From: Candidatus Poribacteria bacterium
GTDB taxonomy: Bacteria > Poribacteria > WGA-4E > JAJDTR01
NCBI GenBank assembly: GCA_965222225.1
Contig: CBDCTK010000002.1
Location: 4,680,643-4,744,642, forward strand
DNA: 64,000 nt
Direction of reading: 5' to 3'
The translations under genes and the position numbers were made by a program. This document shows positions 9,531 through 20,117 of this stretch, one piece after another; within the stretch, counting starts at the first letter, position 1, and each line of letters starts with the position of its first letter. The notes beneath the pieces are model-generated. The model did not search any database and was not told where the DNA came from. It saw only the letters and a list, made by a program, of their open reading frames with translations.

Positions 9531-11597
9531 ATGCAAATCAACGGATTGGTCCTGGGAAAATATCGGATTGAAAATTTAATCAACAACGGCAGTTTCGCCT
9601 CCGTTTTCCGCGCAAAGGAAGAACTTACAAATCGTATTGTAGCTATCAAGGCATTACCCAAATCCGTTTATCCGTCGGGACGATTGCGCTATTTGTTGGC
9701 TGAACTGAGGTCCATGACGTTGAATTGGGGACATGAAAACATTGTCTCCATTCATACAGTCGAACCGGGTGAAGATGAATATATCGCTTTTATCGTTATG
9801 GAGTACATAGACGGCTCCACACTGCATGAGCGAATGACCGCCGAGTCGTTTTCCCCAAGTCGTGCAGTCAATATTGCCTTAGATATTTGTCGAGGGCTTA
9901 CCGCTGTGCATGCACAGAACATCATCCACCGAGATATCAAACCTCAGAACATCCTCTTGACGTCCGATGGCACAGCGAAACTCGGCGATTTCGGTGTGGC
10001 ATGTATACTTGAAGCAACGGACGACATTGCGGCAACGGTCACAGGCACTCGGAAATACATGGCGCCTGAGCAGTATGACGGAGAATACGATTCTCGCGTA
10101 GATCTCTATTCGTTAGGATTGGTTCTCTATGAGATGCTGACCGGGCGATATCCATTCCGAGGACGAAATCATGATGAAATAAAGATAAAAAAAATTGATG
10201 CAGTAATTGAGTTCGATCATGAAGTGCCCGAGGAATTGCACGGTTTTCTACAGAAGGTATTGCACAGAAATGTCAACTCGCGCTATCAGAGCGCTACGGA
10301 AATGTATCACGATTTGGATGCCATTCGTGCCACGTGGTATGCAAAGATAGTGCGCGAAGAGTTGGCCCAATCGCCGAATGCAAATACGTCCAATGAAATA
10401 CTTTTCAGAATGCGAGAGGACCTACGACTTTCGCCTGATTTGGCGCGTTGGATTGAACTAGAAATTCATTACCAGCACCGAATTGAAGAGGAGCGGAAAA
10501 AACGACACCAGCTTGAACAGGAGACTAGCGCATGCTATGAACGTGCTATATATTATATCCATCAACACAATCCGGTCGATGCGTTACGAGAACTACAAGA
10601 AGCGCATAGTCATTACTTGACGGAAATCGGACTTTCAAATCAAGTAAAGAAAATCTTCAGGTCATTAGTGGACGCATTCACGATTGCCAAAGTTCCTTCC
10701 AAGGCAGATGAAATAGTGCGTATAGTTGAACAGTTGCCTGCCAATGAGGTGGAGGAACTTAAAACTTGGTTCTCTCAACGAATGCTCCCTAACCACGTTG
10801 ACCAATCTGACGATATACCGGTTTCGACAGGAAGCGACATAGAGGACGACAGTTCGGATCTTCCGCTGGCGCCTCCTGCCGATTCCTCCCCAACGCAACC
10901 ACTTCTCGCAGAGTCTGTATTGCGGTCGCTACATGAGAAGACAAAATATCCTCACGAGAGAGCGGCCGCTCAAATTTGCCGCATGGCTGAAAACTTTACG
11001 CGACAGAAAAACAAACGCGCACGTTCCGAATATAAGAAACTTGCAGAATTTTACGTCCAGTCTGCTATGCACTTTATCGACACGGACGATTGGGAATTGG
11101 CTGCGGACTGTTACGCGCGCGCGCGGTTGGCTTATGTTGCGGCTAAGCGCACTGGAAGTGCTAGAACAATGGCAAACAAGGCAGGGGACTGCTATGCCAA
11201 ACTTGCTGAGGCAATGAGCAGACGACAACTTTGGGAAGAGGCTGCAACTCAATGCGTCCTATCAGCCGACCATTTTAAACATGGAGAGTCCGAGGAGACG
11301 GCTGAAGAAGGCTGGTCAAATGCAACGATTTATTATTTGAATGCCGCTGAAAACGCCTGTTCGGCTGGAGACGTTGAGCGTGTCAATATCTATTGTCAGA
11401 AAATCTTCGTAATCGCCGAGAGCATCAAGCGACCTTCAAAAGCCGCAGCGGCGGCACGGAGACTAATGGGTGAGATAGAGAGATCTATTACAAACCCGCT
11501 CCACACCAGCCTCCAGGATTCCGAGCGTAATCCTTCGAAGTCGGTAGTAATGCACGGAGAAATCTTGCCAGTGAACCAGTGGCAAGCAAGAGGATAA
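9531..11597 (+). CDS. Hanks-type serine/threonine protein kinase with a long C-terminal helical (TPR-like) domain
   Basis: Kinase subdomain motifs: VAIKAL (VAIK), HRDIKPQNILL (catalytic loop), DFGVA, APE. An acidic linker (DDIPVSTGSDIEDDSSDLPLAPPADSSP) precedes ~250 aa of predicted helical repeats. The probable start is ATG 9531 (MQINGLVLGKYRIE…); the longer 9465 ORF is not needed. Confidence 0.8.
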   Translation: MQINGLVLGKYRIENLINNGSFASVFRAKEELTNRIVAIKALPKSVYPSGRLRYLLAELRSMTLNWGHENIVSIHTVEPGEDEYIAFIVMEYIDGSTLHERMTAESFSPSRAVNIALDICRGLTAVHAQNIIHRDIKPQNILLTSDGTAKLGDFGVACILEATDDIAATVTGTRKYMAPEQYDGEYDSRVDLYSLGLVLYEMLTGRYPFRGRNHDEIKIKKIDAVIEFDHEVPEELHGFLQKVLHRNVNSRYQSATEMYHDLDAIRATWYAKIVREELAQSPNANTSNEILFRMREDLRLSPDLARWIELEIHYQHRIEEERKKRHQLEQETSACYERAIYYIHQHNPVDALRELQEAHSHYLTEIGLSNQVKKIFRSLVDAFTIAKVPSKADEIVRIVEQLPANEVEELKTWFSQRMLPNHVDQSDDIPVSTGSDIEDDSSDLPLAPPADSSPTQPLLAESVLRSLHEKTKYPHERAAAQICRMAENFTRQKNKRARSEYKKLAEFYVQSAMHFIDTDDWELAADCYARARLAYVAAKRTGSARTMANKAGDCYAKLAEAMSRRQLWEEAATQCVLSADHFKHGESEETAEEGWSNATIYYLNAAENACSAGDVERVNIYCQKIFVIAESIKRPSKAAAAARRLMGEIERSITNPLHTSLQDSERNPSKSVVMHGEILPVNQWQARG

Positions 11598-12013
11598 TGT
11601 GGCGGGCATGTAACAATCATATACTTAATGGCTCCGCTCGGGCCGAGAGTTATATTGAAGGATAGTGCCCCCAGTAGTTGCGAATCTGAACTACCTCCCC
11701 ATGAGGCATACGTGTTACTTCTCAGCCGGTATACCAGTTTCTCAAACTATGCACTAGCGACGACGATTAATGGATATTCTTGCGCTTCACGTATAGCTCT
11801 TTTTGCTCGGTGTCAAACTTTTCCGGCTTACCTGCCTTTTTGACTTCTCTCCTTATACCTTGCGTATCAATCTGTGTCTTTTGCCACTTGCATACACATG
11901 TCTTCGTCAATGATGTCGCCAATTCGCGTAATCATGAAAATGGATTAGCCGATTCTCGATTAGTGTCCAGTGTGAAGACACGGGGACATCCAGAAATCCG
12001 AAAAAGAGCCACT

Positions 12014-12607
12014 TCAGCCGGAAGTCTTTGCCCATAGTTCTTCGGAGAACATGCTCTTAAGCGTATTGGATTGATCCGGCATGATAGGCAAACCTAGCTT
12101 GGGGAAAATTCTGCTCCAACGCTCAGGATGATCAACATCAATGTACACGGGAACGAAGTCGAGATTCAAATAGGTCTTGATAGCAGGCAAACGGAAATCG
12201 TCTGTACCAAGAATTGCACACTTGAAATTGCGGTGTTGGAAAAAGTGCAAAACGCAGAGCGTCACGGATTTGCCCAGTCGCTGTCCGGTGTGCTCAGGAG
12301 TCACGGCGACCATGTGCACCGAACCCATCTCGGATTCTCCGGGGACAAGGATACGCGAATACGTAGTGCCTACCGGTGTACCTTGGCAAGTCACAAAGTA
12401 AAGACCGTCAGGATCGAATAACGATTTACGGCCAATGTCTTTGTAAAAATCAGCGGTTGTGAATGTTATACCGAACGATGCGTTAATCACATTGACCCAA
12501 TGGGCATCATCACCCTCCTCGTAAGTTCGTATTTCGTACCCGTCCGGGACTTTGATTTCCGGCAACCCATTGAGGTTTGGTCGAACCATCCTGAGTTGTT
12601 TTGGCAT
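12014..12607 (-). CDS. GNAT family N-acetyltransferase
   Basis: Acetyl-CoA binding motif A (…VAVTPEHTGQRLGKSV…). ATG at 12607 is preceded by a GGAGG RBS (…AAAGGAGGATTGCGAATG). The longer 280-aa ORF upstream of it has no RBS and no coding-like composition. Confidence 0.7.
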   Translation of the reverse strand: MPKQLRMVRPNLNGLPEIKVPDGYEIRTYEEGDDAHWVNVINASFGITFTTADFYKDIGRKSLFDPDGLYFVTCQGTPVGTTYSRILVPGESEMGSVHMVAVTPEHTGQRLGKSVTLCVLHFFQHRNFKCAILGTDDFRLPAIKTYLNLDFVPVYIDVDHPERWSRIFPKLGLPIMPDQSNTLKSMFSEELWAKTSG

Positions 12608-12920
12608 TCGCAATCCTCCTTTATAGTCATTTGCATTCATATTTACACATATTGTCGATTGTATGTTAACCCAAGTTGCCAGTAGTAGGCATACTCCGTA
12701 TGCTGTACCCCTTGAGTAAGGAAAGTCGGGAACGCAGATCTGCGTTCCCGACAATCTGAAGTACGTAAGTCGTAAGTCAATTACATTCATGTTCCAACAT
12801 TTTGTGTAATTCTTAGTTGCAATGGCTATAAGAGCTGAGTTCCTAGTTTCACGCACAATTATACAACACTCATGCCTGTAAAGTTAAGGCAAAGCTTGGG
12901 GTTCAAGTAGAGCTTAAAAT

Positions 12921-13439
12921 ATGCCGAATATCATTTTAGTTGGATTCATGGGTACAGGTAAAACGTCTGTAGGACGGCGACTGTCTCAGTGTTTGGGGAT
13001 GCCTTACCTTGATACTGACGAGATTATTGAACAAAGTGCCGGACGGCGTATCACCGACATCTTCGCTCAACATGGTGAATCGTATTTTCGTGAACTGGAA
13101 AGCGAGGCGGTTCATAAGATTTCGGGTTTGGACAAGCACGTAATCTCGACCGGCGGAGGAATTGTGCTTCGGACTGAAAATCTGGCGATTCTTATGCGCA
13201 ATGGGCTAGTTTTCTGCCTTACGGCAACGTCAGAGGAAATTTGGGCACGGGTGAAGAACGAAACACATCGACCATTGCTAAGAGCACCGGATCCCGTAGA
13301 AAAGATACGCGAGATGCTTAAAGCCCGCGAGGCATATTATGCTTTAGCCGATTACACAATTCAGACTGACGGCGTACCAATTGAGCAAGTCACGGATGAA
13401 GTTATAGAGGTGTTCCAAAATGCCATCAATTCGCGTTGA
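12921..13439 (+). CDS. aroK: Shikimate kinase
   Basis: Walker A GFMGTGKTSVGRRL, LID/shikimate-binding region, ~170 aa. Overlaps aroB by 20 nt. Confidence 0.85.
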   Translation: MPNIILVGFMGTGKTSVGRRLSQCLGMPYLDTDEIIEQSAGRRITDIFAQHGESYFRELESEAVHKISGLDKHVISTGGGIVLRTENLAILMRNGLVFCLTATSEEIWARVKNETHRPLLRAPDPVEKIREMLKAREAYYALADYTIQTDGVPIEQVTDEVIEVFQNAINSR

Positions 13440-14511
13440 ACTACGCGAGAACAGTTATCCTATTATTGTCGATCAGGAAATTTTAGGCAAGACAGGTGAA
13501 CTACTACGATCGCAAACGAAATCGGAAAAAGCTATCGTGATTGCGGATGCCTTCGTGAGCCGCCGATACGGGGGCGAGGTCCTAGAGGGCTTATCGAATG
13601 CCGGTTTTGATTCTCGCATGACGGAGGTTCCCTCAGGCGAAGAGCATAAGTCGCTCGAATGGTTCGGCAGATTGCATGATCAGCTTGTCAGCCATCGCAT
13701 GGACCGCACATCAACACTTATCGCGCTCGGCGGCGGCGTCATTGGTGACCTTGCCGGATTCGTCGCTGCTACATACATGCGCGGTATTTCGTATGTCCAG
13801 ATTCCAACGACATTGCAGGCTCAGGTCGATGCGAGCGTGGGAGGCAAAACCGGCATCAATCACCCGAACGGAAAAAACCTTATCGGTGCGTTTTATCAAC
13901 CGAAACTCGTGCTAATTGATGTAGCAACGCTGAGAACGTTATCTTCTCGCGATGTTCGTGCGGGATTAATCGAAGTCATCAAACATGGCGTAATTATGGA
14001 TGTGCCGTTATTCGATCAGATTGAAGAGAACCTTGATGCCATTCTTAATCTCGACTCAGATATCATTATCAGCGTAATCGCCAGATCGTGTGCGGACAAG
14101 GCCGAAGTTGTCGCAGGCGATGAGAAGGAAAACCACTTGCGAATGACGCTCAATTATGGCCACACCTTTGGCCATGCGCTTGAATCCATCACGAATTACA
14201 ATGTATATCGGCACGGCGAGGCGGTTGCAATCGGCATGAACTGTGCCGCTCAACTCGCTTGTAACCTTGGCATGTTGTCACTATCCGATTTGGAACGTCA
14301 AAAACGGCTCATCCAACGTACCGGACTTCCCACGGGTTTCCCAGAAGAAATACGATCGGACACACTGCTTGACGCCATGTATCTTGACAAGAAAGCGAAG
14401 CGCGGAAAACTGAACCTCGTGCTTCCAACAAGAATTGGCGAAGTAGATATCCGCGATGACATCAATGATTCAGATGTTCTACACGCAATTTCACAGTGCA
14501 TAGAAGATTAG
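13420..14511 (+). CDS. aroB: 3-dehydroquinate synthase
   Basis: NAD-binding GGGVIGDLAGF, and metal/substrate residues in …QIPTTLQAQVDASVGGKTGINHPNGKNLIGAFYQP… and …NYGHTFGHALE… . Confidence 0.9.
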   Translation: MPSIRVELRENSYPIIVDQEILGKTGELLRSQTKSEKAIVIADAFVSRRYGGEVLEGLSNAGFDSRMTEVPSGEEHKSLEWFGRLHDQLVSHRMDRTSTLIALGGGVIGDLAGFVAATYMRGISYVQIPTTLQAQVDASVGGKTGINHPNGKNLIGAFYQPKLVLIDVATLRTLSSRDVRAGLIEVIKHGVIMDVPLFDQIEENLDAILNLDSDIIISVIARSCADKAEVVAGDEKENHLRMTLNYGHTFGHALESITNYNVYRHGEAVAIGMNCAAQLACNLGMLSLSDLERQKRLIQRTGLPTGFPEEIRSDTLLDAMYLDKKAKRGKLNLVLPTRIGEVDIRDDINDSDVLHAISQCIED

Positions 14512-14568
14512 TGGTGCTGTCGCTACGTGAGAGGCGAAAGTAGTAACAGGTAATTATGCTGCGAAGGT

Positions 14569-15193
14569 TCAACTATCGTCTAGTCCAAGTTCAACTGCGA
14601 TTCCTTTCATGGCATCAATAACAAATTCGATGTGTTCCTTAAGCGGGATACCAACATCCTCTGCACCGTTGTGGATGTCTCCTCGATTCACGGTGCGCGC
14701 AAACGCTTTGTCTTTAAGTTTTTTCTGCACCGAGGAAATCTTTACTTCGGCAATCCTTCTGTTTGGGCGAACGAGTGCTACGGCAGTTACAAATCCAGCC
14801 AACTCATCGACAGCATAGAGGGTTTTGTCCATCAAGCTCTTTCGTTCAAGTCCAAGGTAATCGGCATGTGAGCGGATTGCATATATCACGTCAGGCGGAT
14901 AACCCTTTTCCTTGAGGATTTTCGCTCCTATCTCTGGGTGTTGGTCGGGACGGGTACATCTCATAGTCGAAATCGTGCAAAAGCCCGACAATCCCCCATT
15001 TTTCTTCATCTTCACCCCATTTCCGGGCATAAACCCTCATGCATGCTTCAACAGCTAAGGCGTGTTTGATTAATCTGTCCTTTTGAGTATATTCATGAAG
15101 AAGTTCTAAGGCACTATCTCTATTCATCAGCCAATTTCCTTGATAACGCGTTCTTGCATGGCGAACAATCATCTGTTTTCTCGACACCAACAA
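14569..15193 (-). pseudogene. HD-domain phosphohydrolase (HDIG-like) split into two overlapping ORFs by an apparent frameshift
   Basis: ORF 14891..15193 has the N-terminal HD motif (…GIVGLLHDFDYEMYP…). ORF 14569..15030 in another frame continues the same family (…HPEIGAKILKEKGYPPDVIYAIRSHADYLG…). They overlap by ~140 nt, with the switch near 14930-14950. Confidence 0.5.
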
Positions 15194-15230
15194 GCCCTAA
15201 CGGTTAACCAACCGACAGTTCTTACCCGCA

Positions 15231-16835
15231 TCAACTCACCATTCTAGGCTGCTTATCCCGGCAAAGTACGACGTGTTTTTTCCAGTTAACATCGTCGCGC
15301 TCGGGGTAGTCTTCCCGATAGTGCGCACCTCGACTCTCCCTCCGAATAATTGCGGCTTCGGTAATCAAATTCGCAACGTCAAGCATGTTTTGAAATTCAA
15401 ACGTCGCCACACTGGACCACGAATGTGCCTGATCCATCTCTCGCAAAACGTCACGTGCGACTTTAAGGTTCGCTTCCAATCTCAGAATACCAACGTCTTC
15501 CCACATCAATTGACGAATCTTTTCCTTGCCGGATTCCACGTCAAACGAGTTGGTAGTACCGTAGCTATTCTCCGTTCGAACCTGAACTTTCTCAAGGATT
15601 CTATTGTCAAGTCGTTGGGCGTAATCGACTGCGGATTCTGCCGCGCGCGATCCAAATACTATACACTCCAGCAAGGAATTGCTTGCGAGCCGATTTGCAC
15701 CGTGGACTCCTGTACATGCCACTTCACCACACGCGTATAGCCCGTTAATATTTGTCTCTGCATCCAGATTGGTTCGGATGCCGCCCATCATGAAATGCGC
15801 GCCTGATCGGACAGGGATGAGGTCCTTGGTGATTTCGAGTCCGTAATGTTGGCAAGTGTGGGAGATTGTCGGAAAGCGTCTCTGAATGAAGTCGGGCGAT
15901 AGATGTGTAATATCAAGGTAGACACACGGAAAACCTGTTGACTGCATTTCATTCAGGATCGCCCGGCTGACAACATCGCGGGGACCGAGTTCCGCATTTT
16001 CATGATATCTTCGCATGAATTGTTCACCGCGAATGTTCACCAGAACTCCTCCTTCACCGCGAACCGCTTCCGAGATTAAGAAATGAGGTGCGCCATCCAG
16101 AAAAAGGGTTGTCGGATGAAATTGAACGAACTCCATGTCCATCATCTCGCAGCCCGCACGCCACGCGGCAGCGAAACCATCCCCTGTCGCCACTTCGGGA
16201 TTCGACGTGCATTGATAAACGCACCCTAGTCCTCCGGCTGCGAGAATCGTGACTTTGGCACGGATCCAATGTACCACGTTATTAACAAGCGCAAGCACAC
16301 CATAGCAAGTTTCTTCCTCCGTGACGAAGTCGATGGCAAACGCGTTTTCAACCACCTTTACATGTTTCTGTTTCCGGAGATGGTTGACCAAGACATCAGT
16401 TGTCTCTATGCCGGTAGCATCACCTCGATGGACAACACGGCGCCGTTGATGAGCTCCCTCCCTGGTAAAGCCAAGAGTGTCACCCTCTTTGTCAAACTTT
16501 GCGCCCCATTTAATCAATTCCGAAACCCGTTCAATGCCCTCCTCTACCATGACTTGAACGGCCGATGGATTGCATATACCTACCCCCGATTTGAGAGTGT
16601 CCTCAACGTGGGAGTCGATTGTGTCGTCGACATTCATCGCAACGGCAATGCCACCTTGGGCATAGCGCGTGCTACTCTCCTTCAGTGCGCTCTTGGTCAT
16701 CAGAAGCACACTGCCATGTTGGTTGGCTTGAATCGCTGCTCGCAGCCCGGCACTCCCACTTCCGATTACCAAGAAATCGGTGTCGATTATGGGTAGTGCC
16801 GAGGTGTCAAATTGAAGTATATGTCGGCTATTCAT
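15231..16835 (-). CDS. nadB: L-aspartate oxidase (FAD flavoprotein of the succinate dehydrogenase/fumarate reductase family)
   Basis: N-terminal FAD motif DFLVIGSGSAGLRAA. Length of 534 aa and the C-terminal …RESRGAHYREDYPERDD… block are typical of NadB rather than SdhA/FrdA. Confidence 0.7.
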   Translation of the reverse strand: MNSRHILQFDTSALPIIDTDFLVIGSGSAGLRAAIQANQHGSVLLMTKSALKESSTRYAQGGIAVAMNVDDTIDSHVEDTLKSGVGICNPSAVQVMVEEGIERVSELIKWGAKFDKEGDTLGFTREGAHQRRRVVHRGDATGIETTDVLVNHLRKQKHVKVVENAFAIDFVTEEETCYGVLALVNNVVHWIRAKVTILAAGGLGCVYQCTSNPEVATGDGFAAAWRAGCEMMDMEFVQFHPTTLFLDGAPHFLISEAVRGEGGVLVNIRGEQFMRRYHENAELGPRDVVSRAILNEMQSTGFPCVYLDITHLSPDFIQRRFPTISHTCQHYGLEITKDLIPVRSGAHFMMGGIRTNLDAETNINGLYACGEVACTGVHGANRLASNSLLECIVFGSRAAESAVDYAQRLDNRILEKVQVRTENSYGTTNSFDVESGKEKIRQLMWEDVGILRLEANLKVARDVLREMDQAHSWSSVATFEFQNMLDVANLITEAAIIRRESRGAHYREDYPERDDVNWKKHVVLCRDKQPRMVS

Positions 16836-16895
16836 AAGTGTTTTATCGGAGAGAAATGAAACCTGTATGAACTCGAATCTCCTCTATTTCTAAAC

Positions 16896-17306
16896 TCATA
16901 GTCCTTTTCCCACCTTTACCACTTTGCCGCTTCCGTCGGCGACTAGCGTTCCATCTTCCAACGTGATGTCCGCCGCAGCTTCGATGAGTCGTTTAGTGTT
17001 CCTAACCCGTCTTGCGTTGATGAATAGCTTTTTCCCCGTGGGCGCTGGGCTCTTGAATCGAATCTCAAGTTGGGCGGTCACAGCCGGGCTACCGAAACTG
17101 GCAATCCCTACGTAAGTAATTGCTTCATCCAATAGAGTGCTAAGTATTCCGCCGTGCATCACACTCGCCCATCCTTGGAAGTGATTGGGCGGCGTACACA
17201 CAATCTGTACGGTTTCACCATCTTGTGAGATGTTTGGAGTAACTTGCAAGCCGAAAGGATTATGTTTCCCACAAACAAAGCAACGATCATTATTTTCAAT
17301 TTCCAT
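16896..17306 (-). CDS. PaaI/YbgC-type hotdog-fold thioesterase
   Basis: …HFQGWASVMHGGILSTLLDEAITYVGIA… signature of the PaaI/4HBT family; 136 aa. Confidence 0.75.
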   Translation of the reverse strand: MEIENNDRCFVCGKHNPFGLQVTPNISQDGETVQIVCTPPNHFQGWASVMHGGILSTLLDEAITYVGIASFGSPAVTAQLEIRFKSPAPTGKKLFINARRVRNTKRLIEAAADITLEDGTLVADGSGKVVKVGKGL

Positions 17307-17360
17307 TCGATGCGTCCTGTATTTGGTAACTACATATTTACTTAAGGTAGTGAATCTAGC

Positions 17361-20006
17361 TCATTCTAGCATATTGAGGTTTGACTCTAGTTTTTCCGTT
17401 TCCGATTCAAACCTGTTGAGCAAGTCCTGTTTCTGCATCACGACTGCCTTGGGCGCACGTTCAATGAATTTCGGATTATCGAGTGTTTTTTGTGTGGCAG
17501 CCAGATCTGCGGTCAACTTACTAAGGCGCTTCTGTAGACGATTTCTTTCCGCGTCAATGTCAATCACCCCAGCCAGCGGGACGTAAATAATCAAATCATC
17601 CACTACTGCTGTAGCGCAAGCAGCCGGTTTTTCTAGGGACTCGGCAATTGAGAAGCTTGAGATTCGCGTGAATGAGGGAAGGTAATCTTCAAGGTGCGTC
17701 TCAAGCAGATTGCGATTTTCGGCGTTGGAGGCTTTAATCAGGATTTCCACTTCGCTAGATGGAGCCACATTCATCTCACCACGAATGCTACGAATACTGT
17801 CGATGACGTTCATGATCGTCTGCATTGCGTTTTCCGACGCCGGGTCTTCCCATGTAGGGTTCGGAACGGGCCAAGGCGCAACCATGATGCTGTCTCCCTC
17901 GTGTGGCAAGCGTTGCCAAATCTCTTCAGTAAGGAACGGCATGATTGGATGCGACAAACGCATTGTGCGTTCGAGAATATCAGATGCAATGGACTGAACC
18001 GTCTGCTTGGAGCTTAAATCATCGGTATAGTATAACCGTTGCTTAATCAGTTCGATATACCAATCGCAGAACTCATGCCAGAGAAATTCATAGAGAGTAT
18101 GCGCGGCATCACTGAAACGGAACTCCTCAAGATACGCCGTCATATTCTTCGTTGTAGCGTTGAAGCGACTACGAATCCAACGATCGCATAAGTACAGATT
18201 ATCATTTGAAATCTCGGTTCTTGACTGATCGAAGTCGTCAAGATTCATCAACAGGAAACGTGAGGCGTTCCAAATTTTGTTGGCGAAACGCTTTCCTGCC
18301 TCAATTTGTGATTCTGGTAGCGGCATGTACGGATTTGGAAGCGTACAAAATACCAGAGCGAAACGAAAAGCATCGGCACCGTATTTGTAGATTGTTTCAA
18401 TCGGATCGATGGTGTTGCCGCGAGACTTGCTCATTTTCTGCCCATGCTCATCGGCAACGAGAGCGTGAATATAGACCTCCCGAAACGGGACTTCGCCGTG
18501 GCATTTCAAGCCCAGCATAATCATTCGCGCCACCCAGAAGAAAAGAATGTCCCAACCGGTAACCAGTACAGAGGTCGGATAAAATGACTTTAGGAGGGAG
18601 GTTGATTCGGGCCAACCCATTGTCGAAAACGGCCATAGCCCGGAACTGAACCATGTGTCCAACACGTCTTCTTCTTGGCGCAAGTCTCGACAGCCGCAGG
18701 TACACTCTTGAGGCGTTTCGACCGCTGCAATGACCTCTCCGCAATCGCCGCAATACCAAATTGGCAGTCGGTGTCCCCACCAGCGCTGGCGCGAAACTGG
18801 CCACGGCAGAATGTTTTCCATCCAGTGATAAAACCGTTTCTCCTCACGTTCGGGAATGAATACAACCTCGCGGTTTCGGACGGCTTCAATTGCGCGTTCC
18901 GCGAGTGATTTGACGTTGATGAACCATTGCAGTGAAAGGTACGGCTCGACGATAGTGTCACAACGGTCATGATGTCCAACGGAATGTGGGTGTGGAACGA
19001 CCTTCATGAGTAGACCGCTATCACGTAGATTTTCAACTAATGCTTGTCGGCAGTCAAATCTGTCCATTCCCTGATATTCCGAGCCTGCAAACTGATTGAG
19101 TGTTCCGTCGGGATTGAAGATATTGATTTGAGGGAGATTGTGCCTAAGACCAAGTTCGTAATCATTCGGATCGTGGGCAGGTGTCACTTTGAGCGCACCT
19201 GTCCCAAATTCCCGGTCCACATATTCATCTGCAATGACAGGAATTTCGCGCTGGACGAGCGGCAGAAGCACTGTTTTGCCGATGGCGTGCTGATAGCGCT
19301 TGTCCTCCGGGTGAACCGCGACCGCTGTATCACCTAGCATCGTCTCCGGACGAGTCGTCGCGATTTCCAAAAACTCCTCCGAATCCTTAATCGGGTACTC
19401 AATGTGATAGAAGTTGCCATCTATCTCAATTGATTCGACCTCCAGATCGGAAATTACAGTTTGACAGTTGGGGCACCAGTTTGCCAAGTACGTGTCGCGA
19501 TAAACCAACCCATCGTCGTAGAGCCTGACAAATGCCGTTCGAACGGCTTTGGACAGGCCTTCGTCAAGCGTGAAACGTTCGCGTTCCCAATCGCAAGAGC
19601 AGCCGATTTGGCGTAGTTGCTCAATAATTGTCCCGCGCGATTCATTTTTCCAGTTCCACATTCGATCGATAAATTTCTCACGTCCAAGAGCTTCCCGAGA
19701 GGTTCCCCAATCCGCCAGTTTCTGCTCCATGATAATCTCGGTAACGATTCCCGCATGATCGGTGCCCGGCATCCAAAGAGCATTGTAACCTTGCATCCGT
19801 TTCCAGCGAATCAGCACATCTTGCAGTGTGTTGTCGAGTGCGTGTCCAACGTGAAGATTTCCAGTGATGTTGGGAGGAGGAATTACGATGGAGAACGACG
19901 GCTTGTCGGATGTATCGGCGGCATGGAAGTAGTTTTCATTCAGCCAAAACTGATACCATTTCGCCTCGATTTCCTGCGGAGAATAGGTTGTCGGGATATC
20001 CGTCAT
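17361..20006 (-). CDS. valS: Valine--tRNA ligase
   Basis: HIGH-class motif PPPNITGNLHVGHAL, KMSKS (KMSKSRGN), editing domain, and a C-terminal coiled-coil; 881 aa. Confidence 0.95.
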   Translation of the reverse strand: MTDIPTTYSPQEIEAKWYQFWLNENYFHAADTSDKPSFSIVIPPPNITGNLHVGHALDNTLQDVLIRWKRMQGYNALWMPGTDHAGIVTEIIMEQKLADWGTSREALGREKFIDRMWNWKNESRGTIIEQLRQIGCSCDWERERFTLDEGLSKAVRTAFVRLYDDGLVYRDTYLANWCPNCQTVISDLEVESIEIDGNFYHIEYPIKDSEEFLEIATTRPETMLGDTAVAVHPEDKRYQHAIGKTVLLPLVQREIPVIADEYVDREFGTGALKVTPAHDPNDYELGLRHNLPQINIFNPDGTLNQFAGSEYQGMDRFDCRQALVENLRDSGLLMKVVPHPHSVGHHDRCDTIVEPYLSLQWFINVKSLAERAIEAVRNREVVFIPEREEKRFYHWMENILPWPVSRQRWWGHRLPIWYCGDCGEVIAAVETPQECTCGCRDLRQEEDVLDTWFSSGLWPFSTMGWPESTSLLKSFYPTSVLVTGWDILFFWVARMIMLGLKCHGEVPFREVYIHALVADEHGQKMSKSRGNTIDPIETIYKYGADAFRFALVFCTLPNPYMPLPESQIEAGKRFANKIWNASRFLLMNLDDFDQSRTEISNDNLYLCDRWIRSRFNATTKNMTAYLEEFRFSDAAHTLYEFLWHEFCDWYIELIKQRLYYTDDLSSKQTVQSIASDILERTMRLSHPIMPFLTEEIWQRLPHEGDSIMVAPWPVPNPTWEDPASENAMQTIMNVIDSIRSIRGEMNVAPSSEVEILIKASNAENRNLLETHLEDYLPSFTRISSFSIAESLEKPAACATAVVDDLIIYVPLAGVIDIDAERNRLQKRLSKLTADLAATQKTLDNPKFIERAPKAVVMQKQDLLNRFESETEKLESNLNMLE

Positions 20007-20117
20007 CAGCGGGTATGATGCCTCCTATCGGTATACGATAAATTCGTGAGTATGAGATCTGTCGGTCCAGGTGGTGGTCTTGATTAAACACGGCACACGT
20101 CCATTTTACCATCTTAA

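Noticed and set aside
12608-12856. Long 280-aa version of the GNAT ORF
   Set aside because: The extra 83 N-terminal codons have no homology signal. An internal ATG at 12607 with a strong GGAGG RBS begins exactly where the acetyltransferase-like sequence starts.
14891-15030. Programmed ribosomal frameshifting in the HD hydrolase (and the other split genes)
   Set aside because: There is no slippery heptamer or downstream structure at the junctions that I can see. Five unrelated genes are affected, which fits indel errors or decay better than programmed recoding.
15273-16796. Plus-strand ORFs 15273..15740 and 16269..16796 (155 and 175 aa)
   Set aside because: Both are fully antisense to the well-supported nadB-type flavoprotein gene and have no motif or RBS support, so they are spurious shadow ORFs. 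The same reasoning applies to the antisense ORFs inside valS (17694-19783), ptsI (20427-21836), the protease (39890-43307), htpG (46557-48192), hsdR (50570-53595) and the kinase gene (56748-58026).
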